Source: Nemertoderma westbladi (lineage: Eukaryota; Animalia; Xenacoelomorpha). From it: 64,000 bases of DNA. The translations under genes were made by a program, and so were the position numbers. The stretch's first letter is position 1, and each line of letters opens with the position of its first letter. Shown here in pieces: positions 25,701-40,700 of this stretch. The notes under the pieces were generated by a model. That model was not told where the DNA came from. It saw only the letters and a program-made list of their open reading frames with translations, and searched no databases. The stretch is from positions 1 through 64,000 of the forward strand of contig JAUCBJ010003966.1 of the NCBI GenBank assembly GCA_032718475.1, read 5' to 3'.

Positions 25701-28700
25701 CGGACACAGAAGTATACATATAGCAGACATTATACAAAGAGGTTGACCTAAAATACGGACACAGAAGTATACAAATAGCAGACATGTTTTGTAAATAGTA
25801 AACAGTATGCATTGGGGTAAATATAATTTATTTATATATAGTTAAAAATAAAAACAAATTCCAATTTACATGAAAAAATCTAATTTTTAGTAAAATAACA
25901 CTTCAAAGGATAAATGAATGTTATAGTTGTTGTGTCCTACAACAATTTAATTTTATCTGTTTAACGATTTAACATTTATTTTGTTACTAATTACCATATA
26001 AACTGTTTTTTTATGGTTTATTGAGACTAACCCTTTTCAACAACGTCATCTACATTAACTTTAACGTCTATGATTGATCCTGGCATTGGTGCCCCCACAC
26101 TACCACGAACCCCCTTCAGAGCTTTGGGATGAACGTGAATCTCTTTCTGAGCTTTGGTGTCCTTTATGTAAACGGATCGCAAACCCCCGTTCACCTCGAA
26201 GAATACCTCGCGTTCCCCCGCCGGGGTCAGGTCTCCCGTAGCCAGGAGTTTTATACGAATCGACTTACCCCGTTCTAATCCAATCTAAACACATTTACAA
26301 TATGATATTTCCAGCAACATATTTCAATGCCAGTAAAATACACAAATCAACAAAATGTGTAGTCAGTAAGAATTATTTAATATCGCAATGCTAAAATGTT
26401 GACAATATTATCTAATGATATTAGCAGACGATTTGACGCGACAATTTATTACTAGGCGATATCATTGATATTAATTGAGGATAACCAACCAACTTCGGCA
26501 TTAGTGGCACAAATCATAAACTTTAATCTTCAGATCCACATCATAAAAAAAACAGGTATCTGTATTACATTTTTCACCGGAATCAATGTATGGTAGGGGA
26601 ATAAATTGTTACTAATGTGCACTGATTGGTCACACAGACACCTACGGAACGATTAATTAAACACAATCGATAATAATAGCATTAGATTATATTGGCACAG
26701 GAACTCACATCAATTTCCTCAGCCACATTAGCACCAACGAAGAAGTTCCTTGTGTTGACAGCCGTTACTGGTCCGTAAAGGTCGACGAAGTTGAGGTAAT
26801 CATCGGTGACCTTTGGGTAAAGAGCGGCGCTGACTACTTCCTGGTCCCGTATGTCGTGATTTGGATGCTTAGCAACCAGCTCCGCTCGCAGTTTATCGAA
26901 ATCCAAATCGGGAAGCGACTCTCCCGGACGTCCTTCTAATACCGGTTTACCTTTTAGAACCTAAAACATAAGGGCCGCCATTCTCTTCAAAAGATTCTAG
27001 AAGATTTACAAACTAGAAATATCACTGTACTTAACTTTTGCAATGGATATTTAATAATTCGAATTGTGATCCTCTACTAACAGCCCAGACAACGGCATTT
27101 CGCAACAACAATAACTTAAGTCTCTCTTACATCCATTCATTAATTTAAATTGAAAATATTTGGATATTGTTGAGACTCAGATACATTCGTTACCAATTAA
27201 CTTTATGCAGTAAATATGTTCTTTAAACGTAACGGTTCCGCGACGGATCCATATAAACTAACCTACTCCGCAACGGTTCCGGATCCATATAAACTAACCT
27301 ACTCCGCAACGGTTCCGGATCCATATAAACTAACTTACTCCGCAACGGTTCCGGATCCATATAAACTAACCTACTCCGCAACGGTTCCGGATCCATATAA
27401 ACTAACCTACTCCACAACGGTTCCGGATCCATATAAACTAACCAACTCCGCAACGGTCCGGATCCATATAAACTAACCTACTCCGCAACAGTTCCGGATC
27501 CATATAAACTAACCTACTCCGCAACGGTTCCGGATCCATATAAACTAACCTACTCCGCCGACGGTTCCGGATCCATATAAACTAACCTACTCCACAACGG
27601 TTCCAGATCCATATAAACTAACCTACTCCGCAACGGTTCCGGATCCATATAAACTAACCTACTCCGCAACGGTTCCGGATCCATATAAACTAACCTTACA
27701 CCGCAACGGTTCCGGATCCATATAAACTAACCTACTCCGCAACGGTTCCGGATCCATATAAACTAACCTACTCCGCAACGGTTCCGGATCCATATAAACT
27801 AACCTACTCCGCAACGGTTCCGGATCCATATAAACTAACCTACTCCGCCGACGGTTCCGGATCCATATAAACTAACCTACTCCACAACGGTTCCAGATCC
27901 ATATAAACTAACCTACTCCGCAACGGTTCCGGATCCATATAAACTAACCTACTCCGCAACGGTTCCGGATCCATATAAACTAACCTTACACCGCAACGGT
28001 TCCGGATCCATATAAACTAACCTACTCCGCAACGGTTCCGGATCCATATAAACTAACCTACTCCGCAACGGTTCCGCATCCATATAAACTAACCTACTCC
28101 GCAACGGTTCCGGATCCATATAAACTAACCTACTCCGCAACGGTTCCGGATCCATATAAACTAACCTACTCCGCAACGGTTCCGGATCCATATAAACTAA
28201 CCTACTCCGCAACGGTTCCGGATCCATATAAACTAACCTACTCCGCAACGGTTCCGGATCCATATAAACTAACCTTACACCGCAACGGTTCCGGATCCAT
28301 ATAAACTAACCTACTCCGCAACGGTTCCGGATCCATATAAACTAACCTACTACGCAACGGTTCCGGATCCATATAAACTAACCTACTTCGTAACGGTTCC
28401 AGATCCATATAAACTAACCTTACACCGCAACGGTTCCGGATCCATATAAACTAACCTACTCCGCAACGGTTCCGGATCCATATAAACTAACCTACTCCGC
28501 AACGGTTCCGCATCCATATAAACTAACCTACTCCGCAACGGTTCCGGATCCATATAAACTAACCTACTCCGCAACGGTTCCGGATCCATATAAACTAACC
28601 TACTCCGCAACGGTTCCGGATCCATATAAACTAACCTACTCCGCAACGGTTCCGGATCCATATAAACTAACCTACTCCGCAACGGTTCCGCATCCATATA

Positions 28701-31700
28701 AACTAACCTACTCCGCAACGGTTCCGGATCCATATAAACTAACCTACTCCGCAACGGTTCCGGATCCATATAAACTAACCTACTCCGCAACGGTTCCGGA
28801 TCCATATAAACTAACCTACTCCGCAACGGTTCCGGATCCATATAAACTAACCTTACACCGCAACGGTTCCGGATCCATATAAACTAACCTACTCCGCAAC
28901 GGTTCCGGATCCATATAAACTAACCTACTACGCAACGGTTCCGGATCCATATAAACTAACCTACTTCGCAACGGTTCCGGATCCATATAAACTAACCTAC
29001 TACGCAACGGTTCCGGATCCATATAAACTAACCTACTCCGCAACGGTACCGGATCCATATAAACTAACCTACTCCGCAACGGTTCCGGGACCACATAAAC
29101 TAACCTTACTCCGCAACGGTTCCGGATCCATATGAACTAACCTACTCCGCAACGGTTCCGGATGCATATAAACTAACCTACTACGCAACGGTTCCGGATC
29201 CATATAAACTAACCTACTTCGTAACGGTTCCAGATCCATATAAACTAACCTTACACCGCAACGGTTCCGGATCCATATAAACTAACCTACTCCGCAACGG
29301 TTCCGGATCCATATAAACTAACCTACTCCGCAACGGTTCCGCATCCATATAAACTAACCTACTCCGCAACGGTTCCGGATCCATATAAACTAACCTACTC
29401 CGCAACGGTTCCGGATCCATATAAACTAACCTACTCCGCAACGGTTCCGGATCCATATAAACTAACCTACTCCGCAACGGTTCCGGATCCATATAAACTA
29501 ACCTACTCCGCAACGGTTCCGCATCCATATAAACTAACCTACTCCGCAACGGTTCCGGATCCATATAAACTAACCTACTCCGCAACGGTTCCGGATCCAT
29601 ATAAACTAACCTACTCCGCAACGGTTCCGGATCCATATAAACTAACCTACTCCGCAACGGTTCCGGATCCATATAAACTAACCTTACACCGCAACGGTTC
29701 CGGATCCATATAAACTAACCTACTCCGCAACGGTATCGGGACCACATAAACTAACCTTACTCCGCAACGGTTCCGGATCCATATAAACTAACCTACTCCG
29801 CAACGGTTCCGGATCCATATAAACTAACCTACTACGCAACGGTTCCGGATCCATATAAACTAACCTACTCCGCAACGGTACCGGATCCATATAAACTAAC
29901 CTACTCCGCAACGGTTCCGGGACCACATAAACTAACCTTACTCCGCAACGGTTCCGGATCCATATGAACTAACCTACTCCGCAACGGTTCCGGATGCATA
30001 TAAACTAACCTACTACGCAACGGTTCCGGATCCATATAAACTAACCTACTCCGCAACGGTTCCGAATCCATATAAACTAACCTACTCCGCAACGGTTCCG
30101 GATCCATATAAACTAACCTACTCCGCAACGGTTCCGGATCCATATAAACTAACCTACTCCGCAACGGTTCCGGATCCATATAAACTAACCTTACTCCGCA
30201 ACGGTTCCGGATCCATATAAACTAACCTACTACGCAACGGTTCCGGATCCATATAAACTAACCTACTCCGCAACGGTTCCGAATCCATATAAACTAACCT
30301 ACTCCGCAACGGTTCCGGATCCATATAAACTAACCTATTCCGCAACGGTTCCGGATCCATATAAACTAACCTACTCCACAACGGTTCCGGATCCATATAA
30401 ACTAACCTACTCCGCAACGGTACCGGATCCATATAAACTAACCTACTCCGCAACGGTACCGGATCCATATAAACTAACCTACTCCGCAACGGTACCAGAT
30501 CCATATAAACTAACCTACTCCGCAACGGTTCCGGGACCACATAAACTAACCTTACTCCGCAACGGTTCCGGATCCATATAAACTAACCTACTCCGCAACG
30601 GTTCCGGATCCATATAAACTAACCTACTCCGCAACGGTTCCGGATCCATATAAACTAACCTACTCCGCAACGGTTCCGGATCCATATAAACTAACCTACT
30701 CCGCAACGGTTCCGGATCCATATAAACTAACCTACTCCGCAACGGTTCCGGATCCATATAAACTAACCTACTCCGCAACGGTTCCGGATCCATATAAACT
30801 AACCTACTCCGCAACGGTTCCGGATCCATATAAACTAACCTACTCCGCAACGGTTCCGGATCCACATAAACTAACCTACTCCGCAACGGTTCCGGATCCA
30901 TATAAACTAACCTACTCCGCAACGGTTCCGGATCCATATAAACTAACCTACTCCGCAACGGTTCCGGATCCATATAAACTAACCTACTCCGCAACGGTTC
31001 CGGATCCATATAAACTAACCTACTCCGCAACGGTTCCGGATCCATATAAACTAACCTACTCCGCAACGGTTCCGGATCCATATAAACTAACCTTACACCG
31101 CAACGGTTCCGGATCCATATAAACTAACCTACTCCGCAACGGTTCCGGATCCATATAAACTAACCTACTCCGCAACGGTTCCAGATCCATATAAACTAAC
31201 CTACTCCGCAACGGTTCCGGATCCATATAAACTAACCTACTCCGCAACGGTTCCGGATCCATATAAACTAACCTACTCCGCAACGGTTCCGGATCCATAT
31301 AAACTAACCTACTCCGCAACGGTTCCGGATCCATATAAATTAACCTTCCTTACTCCGCAACGGTTCCGGATCCATATAAACTAACCTACTCCGCAACGGT
31401 TCCGGATCCATATAAACTAACCTACTCCGCAACGGTTCCGGATCCATATAAACTAACCTACTCCGCAACGGTTCCGGATCCATAGAAACTAACCCTACTC
31501 CGCAACGGTTCCGGATCCATATAAACTAACCTACTCCGCAACGGTTCCGGATCCATATAAACTAACCTACTCCGCAACGGTTCCGGATCCATATAAACTA
31601 ACCTACTCCGCAAGGGTTCCGGATCCACATAAACTAACCTACTCCGCAACGGTTCCGGATCCATATAAACTAACCTACTCCGCAACGGTTCCGGATCCAT

Positions 31701-34700
31701 ATAAACTAACCTACTCCACAACGGTTCCGGATCCATATAAACTAACCTACTCCGCAACGGTTCCGGATCCATATAAACTAACCTACTCCGCAACGGTTCC
31801 GGATCCATATAAACTAACCTACTCCGCAACGGTTCCGGATCCATATAAACTAACCTACTCCGCAACGGTTCCGGATCCATATAAACTAACCTACTCCGCA
31901 ACGGTTCCGGATCCATATAAACTAACCTACTCCGCAACGGTTCCGGATCCATATAAACTAACCTTACACCGCAACGGTTCCGGATCCATATAAACTAACC
32001 TACTCCGCAACGGTTCCGGATCCATATAAACTAACCTACTCCGCAACGGTTCCGGATCCACATAAACTAACCTACTCCGCAACGGTTCCGGATCCATATA
32101 AACTAACCTACTCCGCAACGGTTCCGGGTCCATATAAACTAACCTACTCCGCAACGGTTCCGGATCCATATAAACTAACCTACTCCGCAACGGTTCCGGA
32201 TCCATATAAACTAACCTACTCCGCAACGGTTCCGGATCCATATAAACTAACCTACTCCACAACGGTTCCAGATCCATATAAACTAACCTACTCCACAACG
32301 GTTCCGGATCCATATAAACTAACCTACTCCACAACGGTTCCGGATCCATATATACTAACCTACTCCGCAACGGTTCCGGATCCATATAAACTAACCTTAC
32401 TCCGCAACGGTTCCGGATCCATATAAACTAACCTACTCCGCAACGGTTCCGGATCAATATAAACTAACCTACTCCGCAACGGTACCGGATCCATATAAAC
32501 TAACCTTACACCGCAACGGTTCCGGATCCATATAAACTAACCTTACTCCGCAACGGTTCCGGATCCATATAAACTAACCTACTCCGCAACGGTTCCGGAT
32601 CCATATAAACTAACCTACTCCGCAACGGTTCCGGATCCATATAAACTAACCTACTCCGCAACGGTTCCGGATCCATATAAACTAACCTACTCCACAACGG
32701 TTCCGGATCCATATAAACTAACCTACTCCGCAACGGTTCCGGATCCATATAAACTAACCTACTCCGCAACGGTTCCGGATCCATATAAACTAACCTACTA
32801 CGCAACGGTTCCGGATCCATATAAACTAACCTACTCCGCAACGGTTCCGGATCCATATAAACTAACCTACTCCGCAACGGTTCCGGATCCATATAAACTA
32901 ACCTACTCCGCAACGGTTCCGGATCCATATAAACTAACCTACTCCGCAACGGTTCCGGATCCATATAAATTAACCTACTCCGCAACGGTTCCGGATCCAT
33001 ATAAACTAACCTTACTCCGCAATGGTTCCGGATAACCACCATATGGTTCCCCCAGATGGCCTTGCAGGAACTCGACAACCGATAATGGCAGACTAAGATC
33101 CCCAGCTCTTTGCTCCACCATCTCTGGAGTCAGGCGATTCTGTACCATAAACTGGGCCAAATCCCCAACCACTTTTGATGATGGTGTAACCTAGACAACA
33201 CGAAATATGAAATTAATTAATGTGAACATGAAGATAGGGGGTGACACCTCCAAATTAGTGAAAAACAGAACCTTTTCGATATTACTTTTATTTCACTAAT
33301 TTAAGTGATGGAAAATACTTTCTGCGACTAAAATTTGTGGATGTCTTTCTACTCACTAATTTATTAGAAAAAAGGCATTCTTTCTGCTCAGAAATTTAAT
33401 TGAATGAAAGTCTTTCGAGAAACTAGTAATATTAATTTCTGAAAAAAATGATTTTTTCTCAGTAATTTTGGTGTGTAATTAACAGAATCCACCCAAAGTA
33501 CCCTTTAATTGAAATAATTGGTAGAAACAATAAAAATGGTCATTTAATTATGGTATTCGCTTCCCTCGTGGTAATGGAAAGAGTTTAAAAATCTCAAAAC
33601 ATGAGGAAAATATCAGGAAAATCACTTAGGTCCCCAACAAAAACAAGACCAAACACAAACAACTCTCTGCTTGCAATCATTGCCATACAGTATTTTAGAA
33701 AACATTATTTTTAAGTGCATTACATTAAACATTATTACATTTTTTTTTTCACATTGTGCGAAATCATGTTAAATAAAATCTGATGTAATTTTTCGTGTGG
33801 AAGGGGGTGGGGAGTCCCAAAAGAACATGGAATATGACTATAGATTCATTGGAGGCCTCTTCGTTGTAGGAAGTTCATTAAGGGAGCTTTGGATGGCGAA
33901 TTATTTACCTTAATTAAGTCACCAAGAAGCTGATTGGCTTGGCTGTAGGCCTTCTTAACCTCTTCAAATCGACTACCAAGACCAAGGCTGTGTGACTGGA
34001 ACTGTAGGTTAGTGTACTGTCCACCTATGGAATTATTTATTATAAATTAGTAATAACGATTTCGTTGATTAATTAATTCGCCTAAGTTAAGATATCCGAA
34101 GATATTTTACACAATTGACACATTGCTCATCGACTAAGAAGGTTCGTGAAGATAAAGGTGTTAAAAATAGATAAAAAGATACAGGTGCTAAAAATAGATA
34201 AAAAGATACAGGTGCTAAAAATAGATAAAACGATACAGGTGTTAAAAATAGATAAAACGATACAGGTGTTAAAAATAGATAAAAAGATACAGGTGTTAAA
34301 AATAGATAAAACGATACAGGTGTGAAAAATAGATAAAAAGATACAGGTGTTAAAAATAGATAAAAATATACAGGTGTTAAAAATAGATAAAAAGATACAG
34401 GTGTTAAAAATAGATAAAAAAGATACAGGTGTTAAAAATAGATAAAAATATACAGGTGTTAAAAATAGATAAAACGATACAGGTGTTAAAAATAGATAAA
34501 AAGATACAGGTGTTAAAAATAGATAAAAATATACAGGTGTTAAAAATAGATAAAACGATACAGGTGTTAAAAATAGATAAAAAGATACAGGTGTTAAAAA
34601 TAGATAAAACGATACAGGTGTCAAAAATAGATAAAAAGATACAGGTGTTAAAAATAGATAAAAATATACAGGTGTTAAAAATAGATAAAACGATACAGGT

Positions 34701-37700
34701 GCTAAAAATAGATAAAAAGATACAGGTGTTAAAAATAGATAAAAAGATACAGGTGTTAAAAATAGATAAAAAGATACAGGTGTTAAAAATAGATAAAACG
34801 ATACAGGTGTTAAAAATAGATAAAAAGATACAGGTGTTAAAAATAGATAAAAAGATACAGGTGTTAAAAATAGATAAAAAGATACAGGTGTTAAAAATAG
34901 ATAAAACGATACAGGTGTTAAAAATAGATAAAAAGATACAGGTGTTAAAAATAGATAAAACGATACTGGTGTTAAAAATGGATAAAAAGATACAGGTGTT
35001 AAAAATAGATAAAACGATACAGGTGTTAAAAATAGATAAAAAGATACAGGTGTTAAAAATAGATAAAACGATACAGGTGTTAAAAATAGATAAAAAGATA
35101 CAGGTGTTAAAAATAGATAAAAAGATACAGGTGTTAAAAATAGATAAAAAGATACAGGTGTTAAAAATAGATAATAAGATACAGGTGTTAAAAGTAGATA
35201 AAAAGATACAGGTGTTAAAAATAGATAAGATACAGGTGTTAAAAATAGATAAAAAGATACAGGTTTTAAAAATAGATAAAAAAGATACAGGTGTTAAAAA
35301 TAAATAAAACGATACAGGTGTTAAAAATAGATAAAAAAGATACAGGTGTTAAAAATAGATAAAAAGATACAGGTGTTAAAAATAGATAAAAAGATACAGG
35401 TGCTAAAAATAGATAAAAAGATACAGGTGTTAAAAATAGATAAAAAGATACAGGTGTTAAAAATAGATAAAAAGATACAGGTTTTAAAAATAGATAAAAA
35501 AGATACAGGTGTTAAAAATAAATAAAACGATACAGGTGTTAAAAATAGATAAAAAAGATACAGGTGTTAAAAATAGATAAAAAGATACAGGTGTTAAAAA
35601 TAGATAAAAAGATACAGGTGCTAAAAATAGATAAAAAGATACAGGTGTTAAAAATAGATAAAAAGATACAGGTGTTAAAAATAGATAAAAAAAGATACAG
35701 GTGTTAAAAATAGATAAAAAGATACAGGTGTTAAAAATAGATAAAAAGATACAGGTGCTAAAAATAGATAAAAAGATACAGGTGCTAAAAATAGATAAAA
35801 AGATGCAGGTGTTAAAAATAGATAATAAGATACAGGTGTTAAAAATAGATAAACCGATACAGGTGTTAAAAATAGATAAAAAGATAAAGGTGTTAAAAAT
35901 AGATAAAAAGATACAGGTGTTAAAAATAGATAAAACGATACAGGTGTTAAAAATAAATAAAAAGATACAGGTGTTAAAAATAGATAAAAAGATACAGGTG
36001 TTAAAAATAGATAAAACGATACAGGTGTTAAAAATAGATAAAAAGATACAGGTGTTAAAAATAGATAAGATACAGGTGTTAAAAATAGATAAAAAGATAA
36101 AGGTGTTAAAAATAGATAAAAAGATACAGGTGTTAAAAATAGATAAAACGATACAGGTGTTAAAAATAGATAAAAAGATACAGGTGTTAAAAATAGATAA
36201 GATACAGGTGTTAAAAATAGATAAAAAGATACATGTGTTAAAAATAGATAAAAAGATAAAGGTGTTAAAAATAGATAAAAAGATACAGGTGTTAAAAATA
36301 GATAAAAAAGATACAAGTGTTAAAAATAGATAATAAGATACAGGTGTTAAAAATAGATAAAAAGATATAGGTGTTAAAAATAGATAAAAAAGATACAGGT
36401 GTTAAAAATAGATAAAACGATACAGGTGTTAAAAATAGATAAAAAAGATACAGGTGTTAAAAATAGATAAAAAGATACAGGTGTTAAAAATAGATAAGAT
36501 ACAGGTGTTAAAAATAGATAAAAAGATATAGGTGTTAAAAATAGATAAAAAAGATACAGGTGTTAAAAATAGATAAAACGATACAGGTGTTAAAAATATA
36601 TAAAAAAGATACAGGTGTTAAAAATAGATAAAAAGATACAGGTGTTAAAAATAGATAAAAAGATACAGGTGTTAAAAATAGATAAAAAGATACAGGTTTT
36701 AAAAATAGATAAAAAAGATACAGGTGTTAAAAATAAATAAAACGATACAGGTGTTAAAAATATATAAAAAAGATACAGGTGTTAAAAATAGATAAAACGA
36801 TACAGGTGTTAAAAATAAATAAAAAGATACAGGTGTTAAAAATAGATAAAAAAGATACAGGTGTTAAAAATAGATAAAAAGATACAGGTGTTAAAAATAG
36901 ATAAAAAGATACAGGTGTTAAAAACAGATAAAAAGATACAGGTGTTAAAAATAGATAAAAAGATACAGGTGTTAAAAACAGATAAAAAGATAAAGGTGTT
37001 AAAAATAAATAAAAAGATACAGGTGTTAAAAATAGATAAAAAGATACAGGTGTTAAAAATAGATAAAAAGATACAGGTGTTAAAAATAGATAAAAAGATA
37101 CAGGTGTTAAAAATAGATAAAAAGATACAGGTGTTAAAAACAGATAAAAAGATAAAGGTGTTAAAAATAAATAAACAAGATACAGGTGTTAAAAATAGAT
37201 AAAAAGATACAGGTGTTAAAAACAGATAAAAAGATACAGGTGTTAAAAATAGATAAAAAGATACAGGTGTTAAAAACAGATAAAAAGATACAGGTGTTAA
37301 AAATAGATAAGATACAGGTGTTAAAAATAGATAAAAAGATACAGGTGTTAAAAACAGATAAAAAGATACAGGTGTTAAAAATAGATAAAAAGATACAGGT
37401 GTTAAAAATAGATAAAAAGATACAGGTGTTAAAAATAGATAAAAAGATACAGGTGTTAAAAATAGATAAAAAGATAAAGGTGTTAAAAATAAATAAAAAG
37501 ATACAGGTGTTAAAAATAGATAAAAAGATACAGGTGTTAAAAATAGATAAAAAGATACAGGTGTTAAAAATAGATAAGATACAGGTGTTAAAAATAAATA
37601 AAAAGATACAGGTGTTAAAAATAGATAAAAAGATACAGGTGTTAAAAATAGATAAGATACAGGTGTTAAAAATAGATAAAAAGATACAGGTGTTAAAAAT

Positions 37701-40700
37701 AGATAAGATACAGGTGTTAAAAATAGATAAAAAGATACAGGTGTTAAAAACAGATAAAAAGATAAAGGTGTTAAAAATAAATAAACAAGATACAGGTGTT
37801 AAAAATAGATAAAAAGATACAGGTGTTAAAAATAGATAAGATACAGGTGTTAAAAATAAATAAAAAGATACAGGTGTTAAAAATAGATAAAAAGATACAG
37901 GTGTTAAAAATAGATAAGATACAGGTGTTAAAAATAAATAAAAAGATACAGGTGTTAAAAATAGATAAAAAGATACAGGTGTTAAAAATAGATAAAAAGA
38001 TACAGGTGTTAAAAATAGATAAAAAGATACAGGTGTTAAAAATAGATAAAAAGATACAGGTGTTAAAAATAGATAAAAAGATACAGGTGTTAAAAATAGA
38101 TAAGATACAGGTGTTAAAAATAGATAAAAAGATACAGGTGTTAAAAATAGATAAACCGATACAGGTGTTAAAAATAGATAAAAAGATACAGGTGTTAAAA
38201 ATAGATAAAAAGATACAGGTGTTAAAAATAGATAAAAAAGATACAGGTGTTAAAAATAGATAAAAAGATACAGGTGTTAAAAATAGATAAAAATATACAG
38301 GTGTTTAAAACAGATAAAAAGATACAGGTGTTAAAAATAGATAAAAAGATACAGGTGTTAAAAATAGATAAACCGATACAGGTGTTAAAAATAGATAAAA
38401 AGATACAGGTGTTAAAAATAGATAAAACGATACAGGTGTTAAAAATAGATAAAAAGATACAGGTGTTAAAAATAGATAAAAAGATACAGGTGTTAAAAAT
38501 AGATAAAAATATACAGGTGTTTAAAACAGATAAAAAGATACAGGTGTTAAAAATAGATAAAAAAGATACAGGTGTTAAAAATAGATAAAAAGATACAGGT
38601 GTTAAAAATAGATAAAAAAGATACAGGTGTTAAAAATAGATAAAAAGATACAGGTGTTAAAAATAGATAAAAATATACAGGTGTTTAAAACAGATAAAAA
38701 GATACAGGTGTTAAAAATAGATAAAAAAGATACAGGTGTTAAAAATAGATAAAAAGATACAGGTGTTAAAAATAGATAAAAAGATACAGGTGTTAAAAAT
38801 AGATAAAAAGATACAGGTGCTAAAAATAGATAAAAAGATACAGGTGTTAAAAATAGATAAAAAGATACAGGTGTTAAAAATAGATAAAAATATACAGGTG
38901 TTTAAAACAGATAAAAAGATACAGGTGTTAAAAATAGATAAAAAAGATACAGGTGTTAAAAATAGATAAAAAGATACAGGTGTTAAAAATAGATAAAAAG
39001 ATACAGGTGTTAAAAATAGATAAAACGATACAGGTGTTAAAAATAGATAAAAAGATACAGGTGTTAAAAATAGATAAAAAGATACAGGTGTTAAAAATAG
39101 ATAAAAAGATACAGGTGTTAAAAATAGATAAAACGATACAGGTGTTAAAAATAGATAAAAAGATACAGGTGTTAAAAATAGATAAAACGATACTGGTGTT
39201 AAAAATGGATAAAAAGATACAGGTGTTAAAAATAGATAAAACGATACAGGTGTTAAAAATAGATAAAAAGATACAGGTGTTAAAAATAGATAAAACGATA
39301 CAGGTGTTAAAAATAGATAAAAAGATACAGGTGTTAAAAATAGATAAAAAGATACAGGTGTTAAAAATAGATAAAAAGATACAGGTGTTAAAAATAGATA
39401 ATAAGATACAGGTGTTAAAAGTAGATAAAAAGATACAGGTGTTAAAAATAGATAAGATACAAGTGTTAAAAATAGATTAAAAGATACAGGTTTTAAAAAT
39501 AGATAAAAAAGATACAGGTGTTAAAAATAAATAAAACGATACAGGTGTTAAAAATAGATAAAAAAGATACAGGTGTTAAAAATAGATAAAAAGATACAGG
39601 TGTTAAAAATAGATAAAAAGATACAGGTGCTAAAAATAGATAAAAAGATACAGGTGTTAAAAATAGATAAAAAGATACAGGTGTTAAAAATAGATAAAAA
39701 GATACAGGTTTTAAAAATAGATAAAAAAGATACAGGTGTTAAAAATAAATAAAACGATACAGGTGTTAAAAATAGATAAAAAAGATACAGGTGTTAAAAA
39801 TAGATAAAAAGATACAGGTGTTAAAAATAGATAAAAAGATACAGGTGCTAAAAATAGATAAAAAGATACAGGTGTTAAAAATAGATAAAAAGATACAGGT
39901 GTTAAAAATAGATAAAAAAAGATACAGGTGTTAAAAATAGATAAAAAGATACAGGTGTTAAAAATAGATAAAAAGATACAGGTGCTAAAAATAGATAAAA
40001 AGATACAGGTGCTAAAAATAGATAAAAAGATGCAGGTGTTAAAAATAGATAATAAGATACAGGTGTTAAAAATAGATAACCCGATACAGGTGTTAAAAAT
40101 AGATAAAAAGATAAAGGTGTTAAAAATAGATAAAAAGATACAGGTGTTAAAAATAGATAAAACGATACAGGTGTTAAAAATAAATAAAAAGATACAGGTG
40201 TTAAAAATAGATAAAAAGATACAGGTGTTAAAAATAGATAAAACGATACAGGTGTTAAAAATAGATAAAAAGATACAGGTGTTAAAAATAGATAAGATAC
40301 AGGTGTTAAAAATAGATAAAAAGATAAAGGTGTTAAAAATAGATAAAAAGATACAGGTGTTAAAAATAGATAAAACGATACAGGTGTTAAAAATAGATAA
40401 AAAGATACAGGTGTTAAAAATAGATAAGATACAGGTGTTAAAAATAGATAAAAAGATACATGTGTTAAAAATAGATAAAAAGATAAAGGTGTTAAAAATA
40501 GATAAAAAGATACAGGTGTTAAAAATAGATAAAAAAGATACAAGTGTTAAAAATAGATAATAAGATACAGGTGTTAAAAATAGATAAAAAGATATAGGTG
40601 TTAAAAATAGATAAAAAAGATACAGGTGTTAAAAATAGATAAAACGATACAGGTGTTAAAAATAGATAAAAAAGATACAGGTGTTAAAAATAGATAAAAA

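Noticed and set aside
22706-25785. Regular arrays as possible CRISPR loci
   Set aside because: No unique spacers, no cas genes, and a eukaryotic intron context; the same applies to all arrays here.
27216-33078. [12 protein letters not shown] repeat ORFs as a PC repeat domain or micro-exons
   Set aside because: Out of frame with the exon on read-through (stop after 11 codons), and PC is collinear with orthologues without them.
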